Shown here: in pieces, positions 63,473 through 64,000 of the stretch | Layout of the letters: every line of letters begins with the position of its first letter | Numbering within the stretch: the first letter of the stretch is position 1 | NCBI GenBank assembly: GCA_963725665.1 | Contig: CAVRZA010000008.1 | Span: 160,001 to 224,000 of the forward strand | Source: an uncultured Actinomycetes bacterium | GTDB taxonomy: Bacteria; Actinomycetota; Thermoleophilia; UBA2241 | Direction: 5' to 3' | DNA: 64,000 nucleotides | Program-made: the position numbers and the translations under genes | Notes under the pieces: generated by a model | Told to the model about the DNA's origin: nothing | What the model saw: only the letters and a program-made list of their open reading frames with translations | Databases searched by the model: none

Positions 63473-64000
63473 TCAGCGGAGAAACTTCGACACGAAGGGC
63501 GAGGTCTCGCCGCGACGCAGGTAGTGACCCGAGGGCCCCTCGCCGAGGAACTCCGAGAACCAGGACTCGTGCTCGATCTCCTCGTGCAGGATCGAGAGTG
63601 ACAGGTCGTAGGTTCGGTGATCCTTGCCGGCGGTCAGGTTGCAGATCTGCGTGTAGCCTTTGACGGCGCAGCGCTCGGCGTTGACCAACACTGTCAGCAT
63701 CGCCGTGATGTCGGTGGGATCTTCGGGCAGCGCTGCCGGCGGGCAGGCCGACTGGTCGTGGAACTCGTTCATGTGGCCCGGCAACGCACCGCCCAGCTCG
63801 TAGATGCGCGGCACCAGCGCCTCGAAGTGGTTGCGATCTTCGATGCGAGCCGTCTCGGCGATCTCCTTGATGCCCTCGCCCTCGAGACCGATGAGGTTCA
63901 CCCTGAGGATGGTGTAGTAGTAGAAGGTAGTGAGCTCCGCACCGGCGTTCGCGACCAGCAGCCTGACCACATGATCGACGTCGACTCCGGCCTTCTCCAC
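63473..64000 (-). CDS. DPS-like (DPSL) ferritin-family protein, 5' end outside window
   Basis: AELTTFYYY, EDRNHFEALVPRIYELGG, SACPPA, AERCAV, EEIEHE. Confidence 0.9.
   Translation of the reverse strand: MEKAGVDVDHVVRLLVANAGAELTTFYYYTILRVNLIGLEGEGIKEIAETARIEDRNHFEALVPRIYELGGALPGHMNEFHDQSACPPAALPEDPTDITAMLTVLVNAERCAVKGYTQICNLTAGKDHRTYDLSLSILHEEIEHESWFSEFLGEGPSGHYLRRGETSPFVSKFLR

Overview
High-GC core chromosomal region of a deep-branching actinobacterium (probably Thermoleophilia: actinobacterial mIHF, single-motif RsiG and an FHA-MerR pair alongside Firmicutes-like rny and pyrK). From 1 to about 55.8 kb it is almost entirely plus-strand housekeeping operons: yggT-divIVA-lspA-rluD; a PyrR-attenuated pyr operon; mIHF-gmk-rpoZ-coaBC; rimP-nusA-infB-rbfA-truB-ribF; rpsO-pnp; dapBA-rnj; ftsK-rodZ-rimO-pgsA-cinA-recA-recX-rny; miaB-miaA-dapF-dapL-hflX-dut. 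A 28-bp dif-like site at 55850-55877 marks the probable replication terminus, after which gene orientation becomes mixed or minus. Main observations: (1) a Myxococcus-type MglA/MglB pair with a PATAN/DUF4388 gene sits beside a single-motif c-di-GMP anti-sigma RsiG, and sigma28/WhiG-like promoters precede mglBA and a distant 4xCxxC gene, suggesting a c-di-GMP-controlled polarity or pilus module; (2) an IS1111-type IS110-family element inserted into the apt stop codon, with readable target and donor guide matches in its downstream non-coding region; (3) up to six conserved genes that appear to start at non-canonical codons (ATC/CTG/ACG); (4) an unannotated structured RNA of about 235 nt ahead of rny. 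Four single-base frameshifts (three in G-runs) probably reflect assembly errors. I found no tRNA, rRNA or CRISPR. All family assignments are by motif recognition; no searches were run.
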